Assembly: GCA_964640155.1 (NCBI GenBank)
Contig: CAZXEQ010000001.1
Span: 486,403 to 518,402 of the forward strand
DNA: 32,000 nt
Source: an uncultured bacterium
GTDB taxonomy: Bacteria; Auribacterota; JACPWU01
Reading direction: 5' to 3'
Below are positions 1 through 9,191 of this stretch, one piece after another (position 1 is the first letter of the stretch; the number at the start of each line of letters is the position of its first letter). The position numbers and the translations under genes were made by a program. The notes beneath the pieces were generated by a model that saw nothing but the letters and a program-made list of their open reading frames with translations, searched no databases and was not told the DNA's origin.

Positions 1-560
1 ATCAATTCAAGACCCGGCACAATTTCTATATTTCCATCTAGCCATTCGATTTGATGAGCATCCGCCACCGGCATAAAATTTTCTGGGAGATAAGAACCTC
101 GTGAAAGCCGATGAGGATGAGTTGCATCTTCCCATTCTTTTTTTTGAATCAAATATTTTGCCTTTTGAAATCTTGAAAACCATTTTTGATTAGCATAATC
201 TGTAAATCCACCGACATGATCTAAATGCAAATGTGTGGGAATCACAATATCAATATCCTCTAAATCCAATCCTAATTGTTTTAGATTTTCACGAAATTCA
301 TCCTTCTGATTAGTGCGAGCATACATCTGACGTTGTTTTTCATTTAATTTTGTTCCAAAGCCTGTCTCAATAAGAATTTTTTTATTCGATGTTTCTATTA
401 AAAGACAATGTGTTCCCCAAAGGGCCATATTATTAGAATCCACCGAGATATGCTTTGACCAAACGGTTTTAGGAACCATGCCAAACATGCTTCCACCATC
501 CAATTGGAAGAACCCATCAGAAACAACAGAAATTTTAAATTTCCCTAAATTAAGCTTCAT
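1..560 (-). CDS. MBL-fold metallo-hydrolase (partial; 3' end runs off the window)
   Basis: Absent from the ORF track because it leaves the window. The reverse-strand frame is open from the ATG at 560-558 down to position 1. The translation MKLNLGKFKISVVSDGFFQLDGGSMFGMVPKTVW...DIDIVIPTHLHLDHVGGF carries the HxHxDH zinc motif (THLHLDH) of the metallo-beta-lactamase fold. The start overlaps the stop of the upstream cobA/hemD gene by 11 nt. Confidence 0.7.
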   Translation of the reverse strand, partial: MKLNLGKFKISVVSDGFFQLDGGSMFGMVPKTVWSKHISVDSNNMALWGTHCLLIETSNKKILIETGFGTKLNEKQRQMYARTNQKDEFRENLKQLGLDLEDIDIVIPTHLHLDHVGGFTDYANQKWFSRFQKAKYLIQKKEWEDATHPHRLSRGSYLPENFMPVADAHQIEWLDGNIEIVPGLEL

Positions 561-2070
561 GATATTGCACCAATGCTTCAATGAGACCTGGAATCGTATG
601 TGTTTGAGCTTCTACATCTACAATAAGACCCAACTCTCTGACTGTAGCAGAAGTAATAGGCCCAATACTTGCAATTTTAAAAGTTCCCTTTATTTTTTTC
701 AAATAATCTCCAAAACCTTCCACAAAATTTTTTACAGTCGATGAACTTGCAAAAGTCACCCAATCCACGGGTTTCTCTAAAATTTCTCGAACAAGGGTTT
801 GCTTATCATCAGAAATATCAGGCAAAGTCCGATACAAAGCTAATTCTGTTACTTCCGCACCCTCTTTACGAAGACCCTCAGGTAAAATCAGTCTCGCCTG
901 ATCCGCTCGAGGCAAAAGAAATTTTTTGCCTTGTAGAGATCCTTGACTCTTGAAAGCTTCAAGCAAAGCTTCTGAAACAAATTCTGCAGGAGAAAGATCC
1001 ACTTTAAGTATTTTATCTTCAATCGCTTGGCGTGTTACTTCTCCAATCGTCGCAATTCGAATTCCTTTTAAGTCTCTTACATCTTTCCCCAAAGTTCGAA
1101 GACGCTCAAAAAATATTTTAACACCATTCACACTTGTGAAAACAACCCAATCAAATTGTGAGATATTGTGAATGGCTTGATCAATCTCTTCCCATTTTTC
1201 AGGAGAAGCTAAACGAAGAGAAGGGAATTCAATGGGTTCAGCCCCTAATTGTTCAAGGAGTCCTACCATCGTACTGGCTTGTTCTCTAGACCTTGTTACT
1301 AAAACTCTTTTTCCAAAAAGAGGCCTTTTCTCAAACCATTGAAGCTGCTCACGTAGCTGAACAACCTCTCCTACCACAAAAATAGAAGGAGCCCCTATTT
1401 CACTTTCTTTTACCTTTATCAGAATATTTGAAAGACTTCCAACAACCGTTTTTTGACGAGGCAAAGTTCCCCACATAATCACAGCACAAGGAGTTTGTGC
1501 CACCCGGCCATGTTGAATTAATTTAGCTATAATGCTTTCTAAATTAGAAATCCCCATTAAAAAGACTAAAGTGCCTATTTGTCGCCCCAAACTTGGCCAA
1601 TCCATATTGGATGATTCTTTTTCAGGATCTTCATGACCCGTTAAAAAAGTAACTGTCGACGTGAAATTCCTTTGAGTTAAAGGAATTCCTGCATATGCAG
1701 GGGCTGCAATAGCAGATGTTACGCCAGGAACAACTTCCCACTCAATGCCTGCTTGAGCAAGCAAAAGGGCTTCTTCTCCTCCACGTCCAAATATAAAAGG
1801 ATCTCCACCTTTAAGACGTACAATCTTTTTCCCTTCTTTTGCTTTTTGAATGAGCAAATGATCAATGGTTTCTTGAGATATAGAGGGTTTCCCCCCACGT
1901 TTTCCTACAAAAATTTTTTCGCAATTTATTTTAGCAAAACGTAAAAGTTTTTTAGAAACCAGAGCATCATAAATCAGAATATCTGCCTCTTCAATTAATT
2001 GTCGTCCCTTCAAGGTCAAAAGACCTGGATCTCCAGGACCTGCTCCCACCAAATAAACTTTTCCACTCAT
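550..2070 (-). CDS. cobA/hemD: Uroporphyrinogen-III C-methyltransferase / uroporphyrinogen-III synthase fusion (CobA-HemD)
   Basis: 506 aa. The N-terminal half has the tetrapyrrole methylase motif VYLVGAGPGDPGLLTLKG and matches the SUMT family over about 250 aa. The C-terminal roughly 250 aa looks like HemD. The ATGA overlap with hemC places it in the hem operon. Confidence 0.9.
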   Translation of the reverse strand: MSGKVYLVGAGPGDPGLLTLKGRQLIEEADILIYDALVSKKLLRFAKINCEKIFVGKRGGKPSISQETIDHLLIQKAKEGKKIVRLKGGDPFIFGRGGEEALLLAQAGIEWEVVPGVTSAIAAPAYAGIPLTQRNFTSTVTFLTGHEDPEKESSNMDWPSLGRQIGTLVFLMGISNLESIIAKLIQHGRVAQTPCAVIMWGTLPRQKTVVGSLSNILIKVKESEIGAPSIFVVGEVVQLREQLQWFEKRPLFGKRVLVTRSREQASTMVGLLEQLGAEPIEFPSLRLASPEKWEEIDQAIHNISQFDWVVFTSVNGVKIFFERLRTLGKDVRDLKGIRIATIGEVTRQAIEDKILKVDLSPAEFVSEALLEAFKSQGSLQGKKFLLPRADQARLILPEGLRKEGAEVTELALYRTLPDISDDKQTLVREILEKPVDWVTFASSSTVKNFVEGFGDYLKKIKGTFKIASIGPITSATVRELGLIVDVEAQTHTIPGLIEALVQYHEA

Positions 2071-2990
2071 AACTCTTCCTTAGGCAGTAATTTTCCTGCA
2101 CCTTGTTCCAACATCCATTGGGCCAGTTGGTGCCCTAAATTTTCAGCTTCTTTTTTGATACCAGAAATTTTATGACGAAAAAAATCTTTCCCATCTGAAG
2201 CAATAACAAGACCTTCTAAATCAATCTGGTCTTCATTGACTTGAGCATAGGCTGCAATAGGAAGTCGGCATCCTCCACCTAACGCCTTTAAAAAGCTTCT
2301 CTCAGCTGTGGCGGTACAAAATAAATCATCATCCCCAATAGCTTTCATTACCTGCTCAGCCTCTTTATCCGTTGATCTGATTTCAACAGCCAAAGCCCCC
2401 TGACCCACTGCAGGCAACATTTCATCTAAATTAAATTCTTGTGTCATCCACTCTTGTAACCCTAAACGAACCAAGCCTGCTTTGGCCATCACCACAGCAT
2501 CTAAGGGCCCCCCATAGACTTTTTTAATACGCGTATGAACATTGCCTCGTACGTTTTCCATTTTCAAATCGGGACGAAGATGTAAAATCTGAGCCTGACG
2601 ACGAAGGCTTGAAGTTCCAATTTTTGAACCTTCAAGAAGATATTCAAAACGAACATTGTCTTTTGAAATTAAAACATCCTGACATTCCTCGCGAATAGGA
2701 ATGGCTCCTAATTTCAAGCCTTCTGGGAGTTCTGTTGGAAGATCTTTCAAACTATGAACAGCCAAGTCTGCACTCCCATCTAAAAGGGCATCTTCAATTT
2801 CCTTTGTAAAAACACCCTTTCCTCCCATGGTCCATAATTTGCCCCCTCGCGCTCTATCTCCTGTTGTTTGAATAACACGAATCTGTATTGAAAACTCAGG
2901 GAAAGCTTGAAGAAGGCTTTGCTTTACAAAATCTGCCTGCCAAAGCGCAAGCTTACTTCCTCTTGTGGCTAAAACCCATTCTGTCTTCAA
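2067..2990 (-). CDS. hemC: Hydroxymethylbilane synthase (porphobilinogen deaminase)
   Basis: 307 aa with LATRGSKLALWQA near the N-terminus and the cofactor-cysteine region GGGCRLPIAAYA. The TTG start forms a TTGA overlap with the hemA stop. Confidence 0.95.
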   Translation of the reverse strand: MKTEWVLATRGSKLALWQADFVKQSLLQAFPEFSIQIRVIQTTGDRARGGKLWTMGGKGVFTKEIEDALLDGSADLAVHSLKDLPTELPEGLKLGAIPIREECQDVLISKDNVRFEYLLEGSKIGTSSLRRQAQILHLRPDLKMENVRGNVHTRIKKVYGGPLDAVVMAKAGLVRLGLQEWMTQEFNLDEMLPAVGQGALAVEIRSTDKEAEQVMKAIGDDDLFCTATAERSFLKALGGGCRLPIAAYAQVNEDQIDLEGLVIASDGKDFFRHKISGIKKEAENLGHQLAQWMLEQGAGKLLPKEEL

Positions 2991-4252
2991 GACTTTTCCA
3001 AACCAAACAAGACAGAGAGAATTCGAGCCAACTCTACACTCTCTTGCCCATGTTCGACGGTTTTAAGCTGCGTTAAAGGGGCATGAAGAATATTTTTAAC
3101 CATTCTCTGTGTTAAATATTCCACTTGAGCCCATTCTGCTTCGGTTAAATCTTTTAAATATTCTTTTGTTTTTTCAAGCTCCGTTTTTCGTATTACCTCA
3201 AATCTTTCTTGCAATTTTTGAACTGTAGGACGAATCCCCAATCCTTCATACCATCGCATAAAGTGAGCAACTTCATGTTCAATCATTTTTTCGGCTTTTT
3301 CTCGCTCTTTCATTCTTTCATCTAAATTTTTCTGGGCCATTTCCTTTAAATCATCAATATTATAAAGGTAAACATTGTCTAAAGTATTCACCTCAGGATC
3401 AATATCTCGAGGAACAGCAATATCAATGAAGAAAAGTGTACGCTGCCGTCGACCTTGCATAAAACGTGCAATGTCCTCACGATGCAAAAGATAATGAGGA
3501 GCTGCTGTTGAACTAATCACAATATCTACATCTTGTATCACCTTCTCTAACTCGTCTAAACGAACAGCCCGTCCTCCAAATTGCTCCGCCATATGTTGAG
3601 CCTTCTCAAAAGATCGATTGGAAGCAATAATCCCCTTCACTCCTCTTTGTACCAATCTCTGAACCGTTTGTTCACTCATTTTCCCAGCACCTATGAGAAG
3701 AACAGAGGTTGAAGATAAATCTCCAAAGATTTTCTCGGCCAATTGAACTGCCACAGAACTAATGGAAAGACTACCCTCATGAACTTTTGTTTCTGTTCTT
3801 AACAGTTTTGCCACATTGAAAGAACGCTGAAAAAGACCATTAAGAATAGGACCCGTGCTTTTAAGAGAACTAGCCGTTGCATATGCTTTTTTAACTTGTC
3901 CGAGAATTTCTGTTTCCCCCACAACCATAGAATCAAGTCCAGAGACAACACGAAAAAGATGGCGAACGGCATCCCCGTCACGGCGAAAATAAAGCGACTT
4001 TTCAAAGTCTGGCAAATGGACTTTATGAAACTGACTCAAAAATTGAGCAATATTTTCGAAAGAATCTGGTTTATCCCAAACATGATAAAATTCCACGCGA
4101 TTACAAGTAGAAAGCACCGCTGCTTCATGGGCCAATCCCATCTCTTTCACTCGCTCTAGACACACAACAGCGCTGGCTTCTGTAAAAGCAAGTCTTTCTC
4201 TTAATTCCACATGAGCTGTCTCATGATTGAGACCAATAACGTGTATATTCAT
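2987..4252 (-). CDS. hemA: Glutamyl-tRNA reductase
   Basis: 421 aa. It has the catalytic-Cys motif LSTCNRVEFY, the Rossmann segment LLIGAGKMSE and the typical N-terminus IGLNHETAHVELRERL. Confidence 0.95.
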   Translation of the reverse strand: MNIHVIGLNHETAHVELRERLAFTEASAVVCLERVKEMGLAHEAAVLSTCNRVEFYHVWDKPDSFENIAQFLSQFHKVHLPDFEKSLYFRRDGDAVRHLFRVVSGLDSMVVGETEILGQVKKAYATASSLKSTGPILNGLFQRSFNVAKLLRTETKVHEGSLSISSVAVQLAEKIFGDLSSTSVLLIGAGKMSEQTVQRLVQRGVKGIIASNRSFEKAQHMAEQFGGRAVRLDELEKVIQDVDIVISSTAAPHYLLHREDIARFMQGRRQRTLFFIDIAVPRDIDPEVNTLDNVYLYNIDDLKEMAQKNLDERMKEREKAEKMIEHEVAHFMRWYEGLGIRPTVQKLQERFEVIRKTELEKTKEYLKDLTEAEWAQVEYLTQRMVKNILHAPLTQLKTVEHGQESVELARILSVLFGLEKS

Positions 4253-4287
4253 TTTAAAACCGTAGTACTCTTATAGAATTCTTCAAC

Positions 4288-5109
4288 TTAGAAGAATCCA
4301 TGCCCTTTCGAAACATAATTCATCAAGAAAAACGTGATTAAAACACAAGCAAAACCAAAAATTGTAAGATAAGCAACTTTTCTTCCCCGCAATCGTGCCG
4401 TGGATCGAACATAGAGAATGCCCCCATAAATAAAGAAGGTCGCCCATGCGGAAATGACTTTAGGATCTGCAATAGTAAGAGAAATATTTTTAGACCATTT
4501 TGCCCATAAGAAGCCACTCAAAAGTCCTAGGCCTAGAAAAAGTGTTCCTGCCCACAAAGAACGAAAATTAATAAACTCCAGCACTTCAAGTGGAGGAAGA
4601 CGTTGAAAAAGAGGTCCTGAGATTTTCATTTTAAGTTGACGATCTAAAATCAAATAAAAGATAGAACTAATGAGACCTACACAGAAAGCGGCATAACCTA
4701 AAAGAGATAAAAGAATATGCGCGGCCAACCAAAACGTATTCAGAGCAGGAATGGTTTTTTCCAAGCTTCTGGGAATACCTAAAGCAGCCCCTCCAATCAC
4801 AAAAACAAGTAATAGCACCACACCCAAAAGAATTCTCATGCGAAGCTGTGTTTGAAGAATCAATGATAAGCCCGCTAGCCCCCAAGAAAAAAGAACAAGT
4901 ACTTCAAAAAGATGAATACCCCCTGTCTGAACAAGATGAAAAGCTTGACGAATCATCTCAATAGAATGAATAAAAAAACCTATTCCCATCAAAGCAAGCC
5001 AGCCCTTGCTCCAAATCTCTTTATTTTTTACAAGATAAATTCCATAAAAAAGAAGAGCTATAAGATAAAAAGATAAAGCGATAATAAATAATTCTCTATC
5101 AAGATTCAT
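4288..5109 (-). CDS. CcsA-family (cytochrome c assembly-like) polytopic membrane protein, HemX-like
   Basis: 273 aa, multi-TM. It has a degenerate Trp-rich/DPK region (LWAKWS...ADPKVISAWATFFIY) resembling the CcsA/HemX family. Its position directly upstream of hemA matches hemX in the B. subtilis hemAXCDBL operon. Confidence 0.65.
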   Translation of the reverse strand: MNLDRELFIIALSFYLIALLFYGIYLVKNKEIWSKGWLALMGIGFFIHSIEMIRQAFHLVQTGGIHLFEVLVLFSWGLAGLSLILQTQLRMRILLGVVLLLVFVIGGAALGIPRSLEKTIPALNTFWLAAHILLSLLGYAAFCVGLISSIFYLILDRQLKMKISGPLFQRLPPLEVLEFINFRSLWAGTLFLGLGLLSGFLWAKWSKNISLTIADPKVISAWATFFIYGGILYVRSTARLRGRKVAYLTIFGFACVLITFFLMNYVSKGHGFF

Positions 5110-5746
5110 GTACTAGGAAATTCTCCACTTCTTTCATAATCAACCTTTCAACCTGAGACTCATCCCAATCAGTCTGAACTTGTTGAACAATATTGGAGTG
5201 AACCAATTTTGTAAAAAACTGTTTTCTGAGATCTTCACTTGAAAACTTCTTTTGAATACTTTTTCTACATTTTTCCATTGCACTTAAAAAAAGCGCATAT
5301 TCCAAACCAAAATGTTGTTCTAATTCATGTCGAACTTTTTTCGCCATCGCAGGACTCACACCTTCTGTAGAAACGGATATCACCAATTTTCCACGACGCA
5401 AAATACTAGGGAAAATGAAATTACAAAACTCCGGATCATCGACCACATTAACCCAAAGACCTCTTTCCTCAGCCTCTCGAAAAATAGATGCATTTACAGA
5501 TCGATCATTGGTTGCACAAATCACAAGGTTGGCTCCCACCAAGTCATTGGGCTCATATTTCTTCTTTTCCAGGGTAATTTTCCCTTCTTGAGCTAATTTT
5601 TCAAGCTCAGGACGTACTTCTGGGGAAAAAACAGAAACCCTTGCCTCGCAAGGAATAAGGGCTTCTATCTTTCTTAAGGCAATTTCTCCGCCCCCAAAAA
5701 CAACACATTCTTTACCTTTTAAATTTAATAAAATAGGGTAATACAC
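5099..5746 (-). CDS. sirC: Precorrin-2 dehydrogenase / sirohydrochlorin ferrochelatase (CysG N-terminal-type, SirC-like)
   Basis: 215 aa with an N-terminal Rossmann fold (CVVFGGGEIALRKIEAL). Length and layout fit the siroheme synthase N-terminal domain family. It has a GTG start with an AAGGAG SD 6 nt upstream, and its stop overlaps the hemX-like start by 11 nt. Confidence 0.8.
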   Translation of the reverse strand: MYYPILLNLKGKECVVFGGGEIALRKIEALIPCEARVSVFSPEVRPELEKLAQEGKITLEKKKYEPNDLVGANLVICATNDRSVNASIFREAEERGLWVNVVDDPEFCNFIFPSILRRGKLVISVSTEGVSPAMAKKVRHELEQHFGLEYALFLSAMEKCRKSIQKKFSSEDLRKQFFTKLVHSNIVQQVQTDWDESQVERLIMKEVENFLVHES

Positions 5747-6094
5747 ACGCTTCTCCTTATCCTGACTGACGAATCGGTCTATGATATAGAGAAACCCTTA
5801 ATTTTTAAACCATTAAATATAGACAAAAACTTGACCTAAAGAGTGATAAATATGAATTAGGAATAGGGTCCTGCCCAATGAATCATGATTCGCAATCTTC
5901 TCTCGTATGCATTCCAGCGACCGTAAAGAGATTGACTAATTTTTCCGTTTGCTAAAGCAAGAGATGAATCTTCAAGATGGGTGTCTTTGCCTTCGTTGCT
6001 TTCACTCGATTGCGATTGCTCATCATTAGGATTTATTGGTCACCCTCATTGATCAAAAATACGCTTTTATAAAACCAATCCTATTCTCTCAGAA

Positions 6095-6236
6095 GGAATC
6101 AGGAATTTCTTTATAAGACCGTTGACGAGGCTTGTTCCCATGGAACCCCGATTTTTATCGGGGTGAACAAGCTGAGTCATCGAGCGAAGTTCCACGGTGG
6201 GGAACTGAGCGTGTCTAAAAAGAAATTCCTGATTCC
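6095..6236 (+). promoter_or_regulatory. 142-nt structured element (multi-hairpin, closed by a perfect 18-bp stem) in the putative rnc 5' leader. It may be a cis-regulatory RNA, a small RNA or a MITE-like repeat.
   Basis: 6095-6112 (ggaatcaggaatttcttt) is the exact reverse complement of 6219-6236. The stem is extended by agac/gtct (6116-6119 with 6213-6216). Internal hairpins are 6130-6137/6165-6172 (8 bp), 6146-6152/6157-6163 (7 bp, tttt loop) and 6188-6193/6201-6206 (6 bp). The element ends 58 nt before the rnc GTG. Strand of transcription is not established. Confidence 0.35.
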
Positions 6237-6294
6237 TATCCCCTCCACTTCACAACTCTTGAGCAATACCCCCTCTTTTTGATACATTACTCCC

Positions 6295-7035
6295 GTGAAA
6301 TCAAAATATCCCACAAAAATCATCTCTAAACTTGAAAAAGCAATTCATCTGCGCTTCAAAAGAAAGGCTTTTGCCTATGAAGCACTTTGCCATAAATCTT
6401 TTGTTTACGATGGCCCAAAATCAAAATTAAAAGACAATGAACGGCTTGAATTTTTAGGGGATGCTGTTTTAGGGATGATTATCACAGATGAATTATTCAA
6501 AAAATTGAAAGATTTCCAAGAAGGTGAACTCTCCGTCATCAAATCCTCATTGATTCGTGGTGAAACTTTGGCCATGTTGTCGAGATCTCTTAAACTCGGC
6601 GAATTACTTTTCTTAAGCAAAGGAGAGGAAGCCTCAGGAGGAAGAGAAAGAGAGTCAATTTTAGCGAATGCTTATGAAGGATTAATCGGAGCCATTTATT
6701 TAGATCGAGGCATTCGAGTGATTAAAAAATTTATTTTATCTCAGTTTAAACATCTCCTGGATAAAATCCCTCATGAAGTTCACATGAAAGAATATAAAAA
6801 TCTTTTACAAGAGTTGGCCCACATTCAATTTAAATACAACCCTGTCTATGCCATTATTTCTGAAGTTGGACCTGATCATCAAAAAACTTTTGAAGCAACT
6901 GTATCTATTCATGGAGAAATCTACGGCAAGGGCACTGGGAATAGTAAGAAAGAAGCAGAGAAAAACGCAGCCAAAGTCGCTTATGAAGCTTTGATCAATC
7001 AAAAACCTGTTCTTGCTACTTCCTCAGAAGCTTAA
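6295..7035 (+). CDS. rnc: Ribonuclease III
   Basis: 246 aa with the RNase III signature ERLEFLGDAVLG, a second catalytic region ANAYEGLIGAIYLD and a C-terminal dsRBD (GPDHQKTFEATV...GNSKKEAEKNAAKVAYEAL). It has a GTG start with no obvious SD. An in-frame TGA at 6280-6282 limits any upstream extension. Confidence 0.93.
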   Translation: MKSKYPTKIISKLEKAIHLRFKRKAFAYEALCHKSFVYDGPKSKLKDNERLEFLGDAVLGMIITDELFKKLKDFQEGELSVIKSSLIRGETLAMLSRSLKLGELLFLSKGEEASGGRERESILANAYEGLIGAIYLDRGIRVIKKFILSQFKHLLDKIPHEVHMKEYKNLLQELAHIQFKYNPVYAIISEVGPDHQKTFEATVSIHGEIYGKGTGNSKKEAEKNAAKVAYEALINQKPVLATSSEA

Positions 7036-8326
7036 TTGCTTCTAAGAATTCCCCTAAAAAATGAATCGATCCCGTAACTAAAATTAGATTTTTACTTTTA
7101 GAATCTCTTTCCAGAGTAGTACTCAGTTCTTGCAAATTTGACGAATAAATCTTTTCAAGAGGCAAAAAAGCTTTCCAAATATCTTTTAATTGTTCTATAG
7201 AACATCCTCTTTGAGAACGAACTTTCATCAAAGCAACCTCTTCCACAATAGGAGCAAGAGCCTTGGCCATTCCTTGCACATCTTTATCTTTTAATGCACT
7301 AAAAATTAAATGCGCTTTTTCATCTTTCAAATAATCTTTCCATGTTTGAACCAATACTTCTGCCCCAGCTGGATTATGAGCTGCATCAATGACTAACAAA
7401 GGATTTTCACTCAAAACTTCAAATCTCCCTGGCCATCTTGCTTTCTCAATTCCTATTGAAATTGCCTCATGATTTATTTCATAGCCTAATTTGTTGGCAG
7501 ATTCAATAACACCAATAGCTAAAGCAGCATTCCTTGATTGATGATCTCCTAGAAGTTTTAGAAATATCGAGTATTTTTGAGAAGTTGTGATAACTTCGAT
7601 TTTTTGACCCATTAACGACTTATCTAATATTTTAAAATGGACATCCTTATTTAGCTCAATCAAAGTTGCATTTTGCTCTCTGGCTCTCTCTTTGATCACT
7701 CCCAAGGCCTTCTCTTCCGCTCCAGTAACCACATAACTTCCAGATTTGATAATGCCGGCTTTCTCCAAAGCAATTTCTTCGACTGTCTTTCCTAAATATT
7801 GGGTGTGATCTAAATCAATATTGGTAATCACTTGTATTTTAGAATTCACAATATTCGTTGAATCTAAACGCCCCCCCATCCCTGTTTCTAAAACAACAAA
7901 ATTATTTTTTTCTTCTTTAAAATAGTCCAAAGCAAGTGCTGTCATGAGTTCAAAATAAGTGGGAGTCATAGCAGAATTTTTATTCAAAGAATTCACCGCT
8001 TCTTTCAAACGATTTATTCCAGAAGTAAAAGCATTCTCAGAAATGGGGATTCCTCGACTCTGAATTCTTTCTCGCGGAGAAATTAAATGAGGAGAAGTAT
8101 AAAGTCCTACGGAAAATCCTGCCTCTGTCAGAATAGAAGCAATCATTGCTGAAGTTGAACCCTTGCCGTTCGTTCCGGCTATATGAATAATGGGGTATTG
8201 ATTTTGAGGATTTCCCAACACTTCAAGAATCCTACGAATATTCTCAAGATCCAACTTCATTCCAAATTGTTCGGATTGATTAAGCCAACCTAACGCGTCT
8301 TTGTAGGACATCTGAAAATCTTGCAT
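7016..8326 (-). CDS. folC: Bifunctional folylpolyglutamate synthase / dihydrofolate synthase
   Basis: 436 aa in the Mur-ligase family, with the P-loop HIAGTNGKGSTS. It lies downstream of accD, the same arrangement as the E. coli accD-folC pair. Confidence 0.9.
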   Translation of the reverse strand: MQDFQMSYKDALGWLNQSEQFGMKLDLENIRRILEVLGNPQNQYPIIHIAGTNGKGSTSAMIASILTEAGFSVGLYTSPHLISPRERIQSRGIPISENAFTSGINRLKEAVNSLNKNSAMTPTYFELMTALALDYFKEEKNNFVVLETGMGGRLDSTNIVNSKIQVITNIDLDHTQYLGKTVEEIALEKAGIIKSGSYVVTGAEEKALGVIKERAREQNATLIELNKDVHFKILDKSLMGQKIEVITTSQKYSIFLKLLGDHQSRNAALAIGVIESANKLGYEINHEAISIGIEKARWPGRFEVLSENPLLVIDAAHNPAGAEVLVQTWKDYLKDEKAHLIFSALKDKDVQGMAKALAPIVEEVALMKVRSQRGCSIEQLKDIWKAFLPLEKIYSSNLQELSTTLERDSKSKNLILVTGSIHFLGEFLEAIKLLRK

Positions 8327-8349
8327 GCTTAACCAATCTTTGACGAAGA

Positions 8350-9189
8350 TTAAGGAAAGAATTCCAACATTCGTGCGAGGGTTGTTTTCAAATCTTGTCG
8401 CTCAACAATCATGTCAATCATGCCATGCGCAAGAAGAAATTCGGATGTTTGAAATCCTGTGGGAAGCTCTTGTTGAATCGTTTGTTTGATGACTCGAGGG
8501 CCCGTAAATCCTAAAAGAGCTTTAGGTTCAGCCATAATCACATCTCCTAAAGAAGCAAAACTTGCAAAAACACCAGCCATGGTGGGATTCGTCAAAACAG
8601 AAACAAAAAAAAGACCACTCTCATTCAATTTAGCTAAAGCCGCACTGGTTTTTGCCATTTGCATGAGAGACAAACATCCTTCATACATGCGGGCACCACC
8701 CCCCGAACCAGAAACAATAATGACATGAAGCTTTTCTTCTATGCCACGTTCAATGGCTCGCGTCAGTTTCTCTCCGACCACACTTCCCATCGTTCCCATG
8801 ATAAAGCGAGAATCCGTGACACCTAAAATAATCGAGTGTCCGTCGATTTTCCCTCTTCCTGTAATTGCAGCATCTTTCAACCCTGTGGCTTCCTGATCTT
8901 GGGCAATTTTATCACCATAAGATTTTGGTCCTTTAAAATGAAGCGGATCACAGGCCACCATCTGCGCATCAAATTCTTCAAAGGTTCCTTCATCAATCAA
9001 TAAATTGATTCGCTCTGGCGCATTCAGTGTAAAATGATGTTTGCATTTAGGGCAAACCTTAAAGCATCTTTCTAATTCTTTACTATAAACCAGTTGCTGA
9101 CAACTTTCGCATTTTAGCCAAACTCCTCCTGGAATATCCCTTTTCTTAGAAGATTTGGTAAACGCCTTGGTTTTTCTAAAAAAAGACAT
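8350..9189 (-). CDS. accD: Acetyl-CoA carboxylase carboxyltransferase subunit beta
   Basis: 279 aa with an N-terminal zinc ribbon (CESCQQ...CPKCKHH) followed by the carboxyltransferase domain (IIVSGSGGGARMYEG). Confidence 0.95.
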   Translation of the reverse strand: MSFFRKTKAFTKSSKKRDIPGGVWLKCESCQQLVYSKELERCFKVCPKCKHHFTLNAPERINLLIDEGTFEEFDAQMVACDPLHFKGPKSYGDKIAQDQEATGLKDAAITGRGKIDGHSIILGVTDSRFIMGTMGSVVGEKLTRAIERGIEEKLHVIIVSGSGGGARMYEGCLSLMQMAKTSAALAKLNESGLFFVSVLTNPTMAGVFASFASLGDVIMAEPKALLGFTGPRVIKQTIQQELPTGFQTSEFLLAHGMIDMIVERQDLKTTLARMLEFFP

Positions 9190-9191
9190 GA

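Noticed and set aside
5857-6039. A 60-codon open frame on the minus strand upstream of sirC (..NDEQSQSSESNEGKDTHLEDSSLALANGKISQSLYGRWNAYERRLRIMIHWAGPYS-stop) that reads like real protein.
   Set aside because: It is bounded upstream by an in-frame TGA at 6040-6042. It contains no ATG/GTG/TTG until the last dozen codons and has no SD. At best it is a gene remnant, which I cannot support as a CDS without a homology search (a tblastn/blastp of the peptide would settle it). The overlapping 24-codon ATG ORF (5952-6026) also lacks an SD.
6049-6073. TTGATC ... TATAAA, considered as the plus-strand promoter driving the structured element and rnc.
   Set aside because: The spacer is only 13 nt (15 at most with shifted hexamers), outside the 16-18 nt range. 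The rnc promoter remains unassigned.
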